Shown here in pieces: positions 1 to 13,671 of a stretch of 64,000 bases of DNA. Every line of letters begins with the position of its first letter. Position 1 is the stretch's first letter. The notes beneath the pieces were generated by a model. The model saw nothing but the letters and a program-made list of their open reading frames with translations, searched no databases and was not told the DNA's origin. The position numbers and the translations under genes were made by a program. The stretch is taken from positions 15,934,001 to 15,998,000 of the forward strand of contig NC_043009.1 of NCBI RefSeq assembly GCF_006345805.1. The letters are read 5' to 3'. Origin of the DNA: Octopus sinensis. Lineage: Eukaryota.

Positions 1-482
1 ACTTGGAATTCGCATCTTTAGTTTGGAACCCCTATCTTACTCAGAACATTGACCTTCTGGAATCTGTCCAGAGACGTGCAACCAAACGCATACCCTCCAT
101 TAGACACCTACCATATTCTGAGCGCCTTGGTTCCCTGGGCATGGATTCACTGAAGCTCCGGCGTCTGGCGACGGACTAGGTAAACACCCACAAAGTTATC
201 AACCACCTCACCAACAACAACACTGAACACCTTTTTGATCTCCATGTGTCTAACACACGTGGACATGCCTACAAAGTCAGAAAACAACACAGCTCCCATG
301 ACTTTCGGAAACATTTTTTCACGCTCAGAGTTGCTGAAGCATGGAATAAACTGCCTGCATCAGTTGTTGACTGCCATGACACTGCATCCTTTAAGGCCCT
401 CATGCTTTCCGAAATCCGCCGAAACTACACCTGATTATATATACACTTTAGATGAGTTGTAGTGCACCTGAGCACTGTACAC
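1..482 (+). mobile_element. 3' end of a CR1-clade LINE (ORF2 C-terminus with one in-frame stop, plus 3' UTR)
   Basis: Frame from nt 3 reads LEFASLVWNPYLTQNIDLLESVQRRATKRIP..LPYSERL..LKLRRL (TAG at 177-179)..NTRGHAYKV..RKHFFTLRVAEAWNKLP..SFK, the typical CR1/L2 RT C-terminal motifs. A short 3' UTR with a GTGC/GCAC stem-loop precedes an (ATT)n tail. Confidence 0.92.
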
Positions 483-483
483 A

Positions 484-556
<73 letters not shown>

Positions 557-589
557 TATTATTATTATTTATTATTATTATTATTATTA

Positions 590-632
<43 letters not shown>

Positions 633-634
633 TA
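483..634 (+). repeat. (ATT)n microsatellite, the tail of the CR1 LINE
   Basis: Directly visible trinucleotide array. Confidence 0.98.
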
Positions 635-1004
635 TGAAGTAAACTAACACTTGTACAGGCAGGCGGCATGAGTCATAGCAGTTCAGACATTCGATATAGG
701 CAAACCAAACTTACTTCATCTCTCCCTTTATCTGTCTGTCCCTATCTCCATCTTTCTTCCCTCTTCCATTTCTACTACTGTGCCCATCTATGAAGAAGGT
801 GTCATGCAGTGCTGCATGTGCTCTTCACACAATAATAACAGATTTAATCTTAAAAATTCCCTCCACTCATTTTCTGCAGATTAGCAATCTCATATGGATA
901 GAGAAGAATAGCAGAGAAGGGTATATTTTGTTGAGCTTACCATCAAAACATTGTCACTTTGGTTTCCCACCATTGAGAAGAATTTCAGCTAGGACCAAAA
1001 GCTA

Positions 1005-1455
1005 AGGTTCTAACGGTCATGCATACTAGATTCTCAGCAACTGTGATGATTCTAGGAGTCGTCAGCAATGAAGGAGACATCACGCCCCCTCAATTTCGTC
1101 ACAGGGCTTAAAAGTCAATGCCGCTGTCTAAACGCAAGTATTGGAGAAGCTTGTGAGGCTCTGGATACACAGAGCATGCAACGACAGACATTACTTCTTC
1201 CAGTAAGTTTCTACACTGTCTCATAAGGCCAGGACAAGCGTTGATATGTGCCAATCACCATGATTAGGTCCTCCCTGACACATAGGCCCTATCTTACTAG
1301 ACCTGGATTAATACATATGGGTCGTAGTTAAGGGAGAGGTTAATCAAAACTCCCATAGTAACATACAATTTCTCAAGTCTGCCATAACCAGCTTTATCTC
1401 AAAAATTGATAAAGGTCATCCGGCCAGTTATTAAAGCAGCCATTGATGAGTTTAA
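1005..1455 (+). pseudogene. Decayed Tc1/mariner (maT-like) transposase catalytic-domain fragment
   Basis: Manual translation across frameshifts and stops gives VMHTRFSATVMILGVVSNEGDITPP..GLKVNA..VLEKLVRLWI..YFFQ*VSTLSHKA..LD*YIWVVVK. This matches the K.PA.VMV.G / FQQDSAPAH / LDY..W blocks of DDD transposases. Confidence 0.75.
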
Positions 1456-1597
1456 GAAAAGGATTCACAAGAGTATTTGTTTTCAAATACAGTTTTGCTT
1501 TGATGAGCTATTAGTCTTTTTCTAAATTGATAAAGATTCTCTAAAAAAACTGATGAGCTTTGTATGTGTGTACAGCAATATAACTACACGTATACTG

Positions 1598-1732
1598 TTG
1601 GTGATTTCATTTCTTTCTTTGGACTTTTCCTTTCCTTCTTTCTGACGAAGAGCTATGCTCCAAATGTCAAATTCTCTCTTTCACCGAACGTCAAGGTAAT
1701 ACACTTCTTGTGCACCATCCTCTTGTCGTTTA
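1598..1732 (+). mobile_element. Penelope-like pseudo-LTR fragment with degenerate hammerhead motif (1638-1672)
   Basis: TTT-CTGACGA-A-GAGC-TAT-GCTC-CAAA-TGTC-AAA. The flanks align by eye with the reverse complements of 20495-20640 and 55546-55753. Confidence 0.65.
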
Positions 1733-4238
1733 TAGAGAGAGAAGGGACAGAGGGGGAAAGGTTGAGAGAAAGACAAACAAGAGACAAAGATAGATAATAG
1801 ATACAAAGACAGATTTAGCTAACTTTGGCCAAATCTTTTCAGTCTTAATCACATATCACGTTCCCGCAAAGATTTGCAGCTAATTCATAAAGCACTGTCC
1901 AATATAATTCCCAGTTATTAATAATGCATGGTATCTGATGGAGGAGGAAATATTAGTTGTCATTTCTAGGAACTCCATTTACCACATAGACAACCACTTT
2001 GATGGTGCTTTGCTCAGTCAGCCTTAATCGAGTATTGCTATGACACATTTCGTGTGTGAGTGTAATGTAGTTTTGAATATTAATGCCTGAAATCTGTGGT
2101 TCATCCTTTATGGATGCTATGTATTTGGTTTGAGAAAATTCCAGTAATCACTTAAATTCTTACAAACAGTTAAATGTTAGAACATACGGTTGACGTTATT
2201 AGATCACAATTCATCTAGATCGACGAAGAAGTGAAGCGATTGCAAAACGTTTGTTTCCTTTCGTTTCTGCACTCTTTTACGTAGCTCTTACCAGCGTCTC
2301 CTCTTGTTTTCAACTTCTCTCGCTTCCACTTTTCAAAATGTTATTAAAATTTAAACAAGTTCATAGGACAAAACTTAATAGTGAATTTAAAGTCAAGAAA
2401 TCAAAAGTAAGCAGTAACATTTGTATGCAAAGTTTTCTGATGATATATGCAACATAATGTAAAGATTAGTTGTGATAAATATAGCGAGAGACACAAAGTT
2501 ATAGATATTGTATAATGCTTGTTTTTATGTATAACAGTGCGCTAGTCATTTATGCGCATGTGTAGCAATATGTATGCGTGTATAATGGGTGTATGTATAT
2601 GGGTGTGATTACACCTTGGTTCTGGAGTAAATCGAAGTATGCTGTTGGTTTAGTCTATGCAACACATTTTTTTCTTTAAAAGATAATTCTACTAAGGTAC
2701 TGAGTACGGAATTTTGCTTTTGAACTGTTGAAAGTTTGTGTGTGTGTGCGTGTGTGTGTGCGCGTGTATGTGTTGTGCTTGTGAGTGTGCGTATGTGCAT
2801 GTATGTATGTATGTGCGTGGGTGTGTATTGTGTGGACTGATTCTGTGTGTTGTGTGTATGCATGTATTTCTCCCAGTTCTGTCACCCGCTTACAAAGATA
2901 CTCCAACAGCATTCTTTTGTGTCACTGACAAGCTCACAGAAATATAACGAAGCGCTTTGACTCTCCAAAGGAACAGAAAATATAGGAATTTCTGGCTGTT
3001 TACACATTGCTAAAATGCCCTTTACATGAAATAATTACTTCAAATTTAGTACGGTTTCAGATCAAATGCAAAGCAAAATACCACTCTAAAATAAATATTT
3101 CTACTCATAATTGATCAAATTCTGCATAACTTTCTGCATAAAGTTAAATCAATGAAAAGTTGACAAACCTATTGTTTACCAAAATAAAAAAGTATTCTTT
3201 TCAAACCGGATGAAAGTATTGATTTCAAGTAAATCTAATACCATTGTTATTTTCTTATACTCGGTATTATCTTGGTCAATTCACAAAAAGAACAATATCG
3301 ATCTTACAAATATCGGCTTTCTTTGTCTATGCTACAGGTTATTCAAATGTGTATTGTAAGCATTCCAGCGTTATTTTCTTGCTTGTTCTAGTTGATCCTC
3401 AATACATAACTACGATACTGAGTGCGTAAATAGGAATCAAAGATATTTCAATAAATTTTCATGCTGTTTATATCGCGTTTGTTTTTTTTTTTTTCACATA
3501 TATACGACCATTCGTTATCAAGTACTGAATTGAACCATATATGTGTGTGCATGACTCTATCATCTATCTAGCTAAGTGTCTATCTATCTATTTATCTACC
3601 TTTCTCTCTCACTATATATATATACACACACATTGACGCATAAATACGTAAATTGCATTATATTTTCATATTCCTAGAATGAAAAATCAACGCAGTAAAA
3701 TATATATATATATATATGCACAGTTACGTACGCATATACATACATATATAAACACACCTACACATATATGCATACAAACAGTCACAGAAATCCATATTCA
3801 TACAACGCCATATTTTTATACATACACACATATGTCCGTATGCGCGTATATATTTATAACCGGTTGACCGGTGCATTTAGCAAAGCGGCAGGGGAATCTA
3901 TAGGCTACATTAAACACATTTATCTCAGTTCAATCCTACAGTGATCTTGTACGAGTGATTCTACGTAGGAAATGCTCGAGAATTATAGCAACGGGAATGA
4001 CATAACGACTGATGAAATGTTACTAAGAAATACATGATTTCGATTATTCCATTTGATTTTCATTCCAAAAATATGCAAATTCATAGAAATTTACGAATTT
4101 TTTTTTCCAGTCTACTTTTTTACACATATATTTCTAATATGTACTGCATGTATTTTAGGCAACTAGAAGGTTTGTAAATGATATCGGCACAGTATAAAAC
4201 CATGCCTTGTATATTTAAAAATATTGTAGGAATTTATA

Positions 4239-4386
4239 GTGGTAGGTAGCTTGCTTACCAACCACATGGTTCCGGGTTCAGTCCCACTACATGGCAACTT
4301 GGGCAAGTGTTTTCTACTATAGCCTCGAGCCTTGTGAGTGGATTTGGTGGGCGGAAACTGAAAGAAGCCCGTCGTATATATGTATG

Positions 4387-4433
<47 letters not shown>

Positions 4434-4609
4434 TTGTGTGTCTGTGTTTGTCCCCCCCAACATCGCTTGACAACCGATGGTGGTGTGTTTACGTCCCCGT
4501 AACATAGCGGTTCAGCAAATGTGACCGATTTGCTCGACTAAAAGGCGGTGTTCCAGCATGGCCACAGTCAAATGACTGAAACAAGTAAAAGAGTAAAAGA
4601 GTAAAAGAG
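4239..4609 (+). mobile_element. tRNA-derived SINE family A (internal (TA)n(TG)n microsatellite; AAAAGAGT tail)
   Basis: A/B-box-like head (GTGGTAGGTAGC..GGTTCAGTCCC), conserved body and repeated AAAAGAGT tail. About ten homologous copies lie in the window. Confidence 0.9.
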
Positions 4610-5201
4610 AATGTATTTACCATCATGCCCTTTCAACTGTTATTAATCCAATTTGTAGTTTTCGGTATCGAATATCTAGGAGTACTTTTCTTTATGTGTT
4701 CTCTTTTTAAGATGATAGGATGCGACTTTCAGCTGAAAATTGCAACAGATCAAACGGTGAGCCCCATGTTCTTTCAACCTTAGGAAACCTCCTCAAATAC
4801 CCCATCAAATCTGCACTTCCCCAGGATGGACATGTAGATCTAAAACCAGAATAGAATAGAGGAAGATCATATGCTGTGACTTTATCTAGAAGTGGATCGA
4901 CAACAGCTCAATGCGTCGAGATATTTTGTTTTCTATAGACCTGTAATTTTTGTGTCACATCTACTTGAAAAAGTGTCTGATGTAGTTTATTAAATACATG
5001 TATTCATTTTTGAACTTGACCAATATGTAGCCACCCGAAAATTGAAGCTACAGAAATATCTTTGTATTTGTGATGTATAGTAACAAATCAGCATATTAAT
5101 CACTAAATTTTTATGGGAATGGTACTTCTGATTTAGTACGAGGAAATATTGAGTTTAAATGCAGCCATATGAGATGAAACTATCCAAACGAAACACAATG
5201 C

Positions 5202-5202
<1 letters not shown>

Positions 5203-5281
<79 letters not shown>

Positions 5282-5302
5282 TAGATAGATAGATAGATAG
5301 AT

Positions 5303-5344
<42 letters not shown>

Positions 5345-5396
5345 ATAGATAGATAGATAGATAGATAGATAGAAGATAGCTAGATAGATAGATAGA
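5203..5396. repeat. Compound (TA)n(GA)n(GATA)n microsatellite
   Basis: Directly visible. Confidence 0.97.
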
Positions 5397-5493
5397 TCCG
5401 ACGTTCTATCCGACTTACAGCCGATCGACTTTGAGACATTGGACGCCAGCTCCCGGCAGCAAAGCAATAATAAATAGTCTAGTTGAAATCTAT

Positions 5494-5524
<31 letters not shown>

Positions 5525-5540
5525 TATATATCGGAATTTA

Positions 5541-5697
5541 TAGGAGTTACTTTGCGGTAAGAAGCTTGCTTCCCGCCTACATGCTTCCGGTTTAAGTCTA
5601 CGTGGCACCTTGATCGAGTTTTTTATACTATAGTTTCGGGCCGACCAAAGCCTTGCGAGTGGATTTGGTGGACGGAAACTGGAAGAAGCCCTCGTAT
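5541..5697 (+). mobile_element. SINE family A, 5' half ending at the internal microsatellite
   Basis: Homologous to 4239-4378. Confidence 0.85.
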
Positions 5698-5708
5698 ATA
5701 TACATACA

Positions 5709-5784
<76 letters not shown>

Positions 5785-5788
5785 TATA

Positions 5789-5821
<33 letters not shown>

Positions 5822-5823
<2 letters not shown>

Positions 5824-6187
5824 TATATAAAAGGGCTTAGTAAAATAATTACTTTGCCGCATACTGAACTCATTAGAAATAGCAGCTAAAAAACTTTTTT
5901 AAAGCTATTCTAATACTTAAAGAAAATCTCTCTCATATATAGTGTTGCTTATTCAACTCACAAAAGTTGAATTAAGCAAACACTATATATAGAGATTTTC
6001 TTTAAGTATTAGAAATAGCTTTAAAAAAGTTTTTAGCTGCTATTCTAATGATTCAGTATGCGGCAAAGTAATTTATTACTAAGCCCTTTTATATAATGTA
6101 ATATTTGAATTCGCTTGAATGGTCCCTTTGCATACTGAACACTTGGTGAAATTGATTAATAATAATTAATTTTGCCCTCAATTGTTG

Positions 6188-6190
<3 letters not shown>
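5822..6190 (+). mobile_element. Fold-back Penelope-like terminal fragment inserted in (TA)n
   Basis: Imperfect palindrome at about 5822-6097, centred near 5960, followed by about 90 bp of unique sequence. Hammerhead-like topology at 6041-6161; (TA)n on both sides. Confidence 0.6.
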
Positions 6191-6237
<47 letters not shown>

Positions 6238-6259
6238 TATAGATATATATATATACATT

Positions 6260-6306
<47 letters not shown>

Positions 6307-6426
6307 ATATATTATATATATATAGCTAAAGATATGCAGACAGACAGATAGATATTATGTACGTGTATATAGATAGATAGGTGGATATAGACAGACAGAC
6401 AGAGAAACTGACTGACTGACTGACAT

Positions 6427-6461
<35 letters not shown>

Positions 6462-6492
6462 GGCAGACAGACAGGCAGACAGACAGACAGAC

Positions 6493-6529
<37 letters not shown>

Positions 6530-6564
6530 TACATACATACATACATAGATAGATAGATAGATAG

Positions 6565-6632
<68 letters not shown>

Positions 6633-6645
6633 GGATGGATGGATA
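6190..6645. repeat. Compound (TA)n/(GACA)n/(GATA)n microsatellite
   Basis: Directly visible. Confidence 0.97.
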
Positions 6646-7171
6646 TTTCATATGATTAATAGACTTATTAAAAGTATATCTCTGTAGATGCGTATACAGA
6701 TTTGTTGTCAAATGGACCGTAGTTCTGTTATTGTCAACATAATAAAATAAACAAATGCAATTTAAAATGGTTCAATGAACTGATATGCAGCCAGATCCGA
6801 TAAACTGATGCGCAAAGAAATGTACAGAAGACAAAACTAATTATTTTCGAAATGAAGAGTGAATACTGCATATGCAGACATTGAAGAATACAGAACATCG
6901 AGTGGCGCTTGCTGTTTTTGCATCAAAATTGAAATATGTGTAATTATATGAAAGAATTGAGGAAAGAGTTAAGTAATGTGAGTAAAATATTAATTAGATT
7001 TTTGAAATGTATTGAATAATAATACAATTTCAGCCGAAATTTATAATGTGAAACAGTGAATTAAATTCTAGAATGTTTCGATTTTGATAAATCATATATT
7101 ATCGCAGGAAAATTCGAGTAAAATATAATTATGTATGAAACACATATTCATGCATATTTATATATGTATGT

Positions 7172-7230
<59 letters not shown>

Positions 7231-8337
7231 TGTGTGTGAAAAAGGCAGAATGTGTGAGAGAGTGTAAGCGTCTCTGCACATATTTTGTATGTGAGTGTAT
7301 GCGTGTAATCTTAATCTTTTCTCTGAGAAGGCATTCATTTCCGACCGTTATAGAAGAAATATTGGAAAATGTTCACTAAAATGTTATTACCTTCATTACT
7401 ACGATATATGTGAGATGGATGACATACATCTACATTTGCAGCATGAATCAGCTAACACTTTGTGGTTACAATTTGATTTCTTGATGACAGTTAAAAATTA
7501 CTCCCATCCTTCCTTTAAAATCCTGCTTTATATGGTATTTCTCTGTAGTGCACAATGACATTGATTTGATACATTTATATAGGCCATACTTGACCCGTTG
7601 CAACCAAAATGATCAGCGGATTGGAGTTTCAGTTTCAATTTATTTGTACATAGAGATACGACATTTCTATTTTCATTATTATATACGGTTAAAAAAATAA
7701 ATTTTAAGTGCAACTTCACTACACACCAACTAAATTTACGTGTATTTTCTTCGTATTTGACTGCCAAATTTCGCTTTATACGAACTGCATTCATTAAACT
7801 TTCCTATTAAGTCACACATTCATTCACTATGCAATTTAATTCGAGTATATATCCTTTCTAGTTTAAGCGTTGTTATTTTACCAACTTATTTTAGATAGCT
7901 ACAAATGACATTGACGCTATATTTGTTAAAATATGATACTCCTGGCTGAGCTGGAGACGTTACTACTTTTATATTATAGCAATTTATATTATTGCTAGTT
8001 ACGTTCAATTTTACATACTGCACAAGAGTGAGTTAAGATAGATGATCTTCTTAATTGTTTAACTACTCTTCGAATTTAGTATGTTTGTTACTAATTAATT
8101 ATAACTGTTGATTTCTTTAAGCATATAAGAAAATGTTTAAAGCATTTCTTTCAGTACATTGGTTCTTCACTTAGTTGTCTACATGGTTGACGTTTACGTT
8201 TTTAAATCTTATGACTGAAGTTAACTATATTTGGTCTGGAACCAAATTCACGGCTTATATGCCGGCACATACGATAAGTCCGTGGTAATAGTAGTATTAC
8301 TAGCACACACATTCAAATCTATGCTCATGCGTAATCT

Positions 8338-8398
<61 letters not shown>

Positions 8399-8443
8399 TA
8401 TTTATATATATAAGAGAATTACGGAATGGAGTAGGAAAGAACC

Positions 8444-8528
8444 GGACTTCATATATTTCATAGCAAGCAGAACCTCACAATTGATAAAAGCTATATGAGG
8501 CATATACCGCCGGCTACTCTTCAAGCCA
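8444..8528 (-). ncRNA. Degenerate hammerhead-like motif with extended stem II, at a probable Penelope-like terminus next to (TA)n
   Basis: Minus strand reads GGC-UUGAAGA-GUAGC.GGCGG..CCUCAUA..UGUGAGG..CUGCU.GCUAU-GAAA-UAUAU-G-AAGUC. It has nested stem II pairings and a palindromic stem III; positions 3 and 17 are non-consensus. Confidence 0.5.
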
Positions 8529-9566
8529 AAGATGTTTCGATTAGTTTAAAGGTTACATTGTCGCAGGGAGGTACATGTTGACGCAATGAAGATGCAATCA
8601 GAAGGTGAGGAGAGTACTGTATGAAAGGAGTATATGAATATAGGGAGAAATAAATATTAGAAAGGAAGAAAGAAGAAAATATAAGGGACTGAGTGGAAGG
8701 AGGAATTTAAGCAAGTTCAGTTGACTGGTAGTAAATAATGGAGTTGTTTTGGTTGAATCACAGAATTTAGCAAGGGGATTGGTACTTGAAGAAAAGATAA
8801 TTATAAAGGGCAATTAATAGTTTTATGCTTCGCGAATCATTAAATTGGCAGATTTCTAACGAATACCATGTATCTCCAAGAAATCTTTCAGGCCCAGATA
8901 ATGTTAGATGTATTTAGAAACCAGAAAGATATTGCTTGGAGATACCTGGCTTGTTTTATAAATCTTCCAATTTCGTAATGAGTGAAAGTATTAGTAACTC
9001 ATTTTTAATTGAGCCTGTTAAAATGGTATTTATCTCTCACCAGACTTTTTTGTTGATACACACACGCACACGCATATGTGTGCATTTTCCACCTTCCATC
9101 TCTCTCATTAATCAAATACCCAATGAATACTGTGAAAGTAAACGTGCTTGACCGGTAAGCTACCAGGTGTATACCATACGATTTATGTCATACAGCATAT
9201 TTTTGTGGTTATGACGACCCATGCTTTTTCCACTGCACAAGAGTACGTGCAGTTGCTTATGCAGCCGGACATAATGTTTTGAGCCGCTTCGTTCAGGGTC
9301 TTTCAACCAGTTTGGCTCAAAGTGAACTGAATAAAGTTGTTTATTGGTTAGAATTCAGGGAAACAGAGGGAGAGAGGAGGTTGCTTTGATCTCGGTTTCA
9401 TTCAAGTTGTTGCTCGAAGTCAGGGTTCTATCTAATTAGGTCAGAGTTTAACTTACTGTTTTGTAAGGCTTCTTTGTGTATTTTAATAGATGGGTGCTTA
9501 ATATGCTTACTTTCAAATATCAATCTTGTAATGAACTTTATTTTAGGATTGTTCAGTTCTATGTTA

Positions 9567-9810
9567 CGAGGGGTGCTTATTAAATATTTCCCCTGGCCCA
9601 CTTCCGGTTATTGCAGGAGACGGAACTTGTGCAGGTATAACCATATACGTCTTTACATGTCACATTGTAAATTGTAGCTTTCCACCTGTAATCATTTGCC
9701 TTTTACGACTAAGGTATTATAATGGAGGCAGTTGAATGCAGATCAGTGATCAGGTTCTGATACTTGAAAGGTCGTACAGCAAAAGAAATGTTCAATAAGA
9801 TGAAAGAATA
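9567..9810 (+). mobile_element. Mariner 5' end (TIR plus transposase N-terminus)
   Basis: TA|CGAGGGGTGC TIR start. ATG at 9722 gives MEAVECRSVIRF*YLKGRTAKEMFNKMKE, a mariner HTH N-terminus. Confidence 0.75.
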
Positions 9811-9934
9811 CAGTTCTGTTTTTGAGAGATGAGCAATTATTTACATTATTTACATCATTTACAAGTGACGGTTATTTTTCCTCATCTTGTTTGTTGTTAA
9901 CACAACCACTACACCATATTTTTTAGATAGTTGG

Positions 9935-10245
9935 AAAGAACGGATGACCAATTTTTCGCTCTGTCAAATCCATACTTGTTGCAAAGTGTTCAATGGCCAA
10001 GCTTTGCTATATTGTCGTAGCGTCTTTTATATTCCTTCTGGGCTAGTGGCTTACATTGGCTGATAATATGCAATACGGTTTCACCATTTTGTCCATAACT
10101 TCTGCACTTATCACTTTCTGCTCTGTTGACTGTTCTGTATTTTATGTAGTTTGTTCTTAACGCTTGCTCTTGAGCAGCACAGATCAGAGCCTCCGTTTCC
10201 GGTTTTAAATCACTTTTACTCATCCACAGCCATCTTTTTACTCTG
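9935..10245 (-). mobile_element. R4/Dong-clade LINE fragment (zinc-knuckle region)
   Basis: KSDLKPETEALICAAQEQALRTNY..KCR..GETVLHIISQCKPLAQKEYKRRYD matches the R4/Dong post-RT CCHC region. Confidence 0.88.
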
Positions 10246-13200
10246 TCTAAAGCACTTTGATGATGGCTCTGGTTGTAAGTGGCATGAACTCACTACAACG
10301 CTAATCTTCGATCTTTAACATACAGGATTAATTGTGGGAACAAGATTCTAAGAACAGGTGTGCCTCTCTCTTATGGCACTTTACTGAAATATTTGTAGCA
10401 ACCCGTGGTACACAAACGGTAGTGGTGCTTAGACATTCTCTTAAAACCCTACTGTGGTTCAGGATGAGAGATATGGATTGCAGTGAAACGCAACTGAAAT
10501 GCTGATATGATTGTACGAGAAACGTTTCCTGATCTTGGTAGAAGTAGGTTTTAATTAATTAAATAACTTTTCAGTGTTCCCTATATTATCCATTATATCG
10601 TCACTAAGCCTTGCTCTTTTGTGTTTTCTTCATTTTCATGCTACCCACTGCCGAGTCTTCAAAATTCTTTGTCTTCTCATTTATGCTTTGCTAATGAGGT
10701 CTAATAACATCTAAACATTTCAAAATTTCCATCGTGAGTCCAAATATACGACTCACACTCTTGCTTTCTATGTTTTATTTTTATTAATTTCAATGTCATG
10801 ACTGTCTAATACAGACATCATTTTCTACATGCAATTTTAAAATAATTCGACACGTTACATTATTTATGTTAGCACCCTACTTACCATTAGCTGTTCATGC
10901 AACAAGTATTTCCCGCTATTTTCCCATGTGATTTGTATTGATTTTAAATCTAAATTCAACGTGAGCATTTGTTCAAAACAGGGATCGATTGAAACCATCC
11001 AGAAAAATATCTCTCTATTTCCTCATAAAAATTATCATCACTTTCGTTGTTTTGTGTTTTCTTGCGTATTTTGATAAGCAATAGTGATCGCTGTAATATT
11101 TGTCATTTAAAGAAAATTCAGTTTTTACATCACTAATGGCTAAGAAAACGGCTGAGTCACAGTAAAAGTGTTTTTGTAGTGGCACTTTTAGAAATTTTCA
11201 GTGAAGTGTGCAAACATTATTTCCCCCCCCCCCCCCTAGTCTCATGGAAAAAAATCTAGATTCTTGCAACATCAGAAGAGTGATATTCAGAAATGACCCT
11301 TGTGTTAGAAGTGCTAGACTGAAATATGTGCGAATTCAAAAATAATCTAAAGATTTGATATAAACACGAAATAATAAATAGGAAAATCACGAATGGCATA
11401 TATTTATCACTTGACTATATTTGCCAACGAAGAAAAGTACATGGTGTTTAAGTCAAATCTCTGTATATAAAATATATTTCCAACAAATGAATTTTGTAGT
11501 AGCTTAATTCCATTTTATAATTCCTTCAATTCTATTACCACGAGGAGATGCATTCAAACACAGTTATCGAATCATCTCTGACGTACAAATATGAATATGA
11601 AACCTTAATTTCCCACGCGTTGCGTGAGAGTTTAGGTTGCATTAACGGTAGAGTAGGGACAAAAATGACAAGTCATTACATGTTAATAAATAGGATATAT
11701 ATGACATTGAATATCGTTGAGGAAAGTCATCTTGAAATAATGTTTCTGACTGGCATTATACTAAATATTTTATGTCACTCATCTGTAAAATTCAGTACAT
11801 TGAAAATGTATTAGTGACATGTATAGAGACTACTTGGATTTTGTTTCCACTTGATTGAAGAAAGAATTATCAGATTCTATTGATGTAGAAGCATGAGATG
11901 ATGCTAATGTAAAAGCAGCTGATAGAAATGTAACTCATACACGCAAAAGGAGACACATATAAGGAAACATTTTATATCAGTAGATTAAAAATTTATATTA
12001 TTAGAGAGACAAAGAACGATTCATATCTGGGCAAGTCCCTGGTGTGTCTCCATGCAAACTCAAGAAGTAACAGATCGGATCACTCTTCTGATGGTACGTT
12101 AGGAACTAGATTACTTAAATATTGACAACCTGGAAAACCAGTTAGTAAATAAATGGAAGTGAACATGTCTATTGACTGTCGGATGCTACGAGACGCGTGC
12201 AGTTCAGCAATGCTTCTTGTGTTAGAATTGCGGGGCTGAAATATGTACGGATTTAAAAACTGAAGACATAGATAAATGCACTATAGTAGATATACTGACT
12301 GAGTATACACCCCGTAAAATCCACGTAAAATCCACGTAAGATCAATATTTCTACAACTAGTCCTACTAAGCTACTCTGCCTTCCATGAATCTACAATCCT
12401 CCCACTTTATAAACACCCAAAAGTGAGGGACTAAGGAAAACCTTGGAAGCCATCTCATTGATTTCTAAATTTGTCACAAAATCACAAATATAGCGCAAAT
12501 GCAAACTTTGGCTTAAAAGGAAAGAATTTAAGTTCCTCAAAATATTCAGTCCGGTAAATATGCTTGCTGCCTTGAATAATATTTAATATTTAATATTCTG
12601 ACACGTATCACATGTTTGAAAAGCAAACACGGTAATAATATACTCTTCAGATAACTTGCCAGGTAAACCCCTTTAAATGTGCCGAGAGTTCGGCTTAGAT
12701 GGCATGGTTATGGTTTTCCTATAACTGAATTCGTCAATTTTCTAGCTTCTCATTGAAATCGTTATCACTAACAAAAGGTTGCTTTCCTTCTATACATTTT
12801 GTGTATTGTTCCTTTTATGATCGCTTATTGTTTAAGCTTGAAATATTAATAAATAACAATATTAATAAACTGTAAATCTTATTTTGAAGTTTCTTAAGTA
12901 GAGAGCGCAGAAAATTATAACTATAACATTTACGAGATTTTTAGTTGGTGCCAAGCCAAAACAATGCACATTTATACACAAAACATCTATTGATTTAAAA
13001 GCTTACTAATACATTAATATGAGACACGAGTAAATCATTAACAACGTATATAATCAGATATATGAGTAGATGGAAAGTTATTTGAGAGCGAGAACTACAT
13101 TAACAAAATTCGGAACTTTTCAATTTTACCTAAGTAATTGCATACAGCCAAATGCTGATTCGCCTTTGCTCATTTTCACAATATCAATTTTCTGTCTTGA

Positions 13201-13671
13201 TGTTAAACTACGCTGAAAAAAAAAATTGGAGCAAAAATTACTTATGGAATGCAGCTGTCATATATGTCACCTGAAGAGAGATTTTAGAGAGGTTATTAAT
13301 AGAAGCACGTGCGTGAGTTATAATCGATTAGGTAACTAGCATGTTATAATATATAAAGTGGATAGATAGTAGATATTGCATACTTTTTGGAAAACATACA
13401 TTTTCAGAATATCATAACATAGCATCCCATCCTTAATTGTTCAATTGAGTAATTTGAAAACTCGAAAACGTGAAACTTAATGTTGAATACGTACGCGTCT
13501 GCACATGAACATACACACACATACACACACACACACATACATACAAGCACAAATACGCACACACACACACACTGACACATAAACACACATACATATATAT
13601 ATGTGTGTGTGATGTGTATGTGTTTGCTATTATATATATATATTAATGTGCTACTATTGTTTCATGCAGTG

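Noticed and set aside
1444-1562. Three TGATGAG motifs, including CTGATGAG at about 1550
   Set aside because: No stem II or GAAA partner; they fall in the 3' end of the Tc1/mariner remnant.
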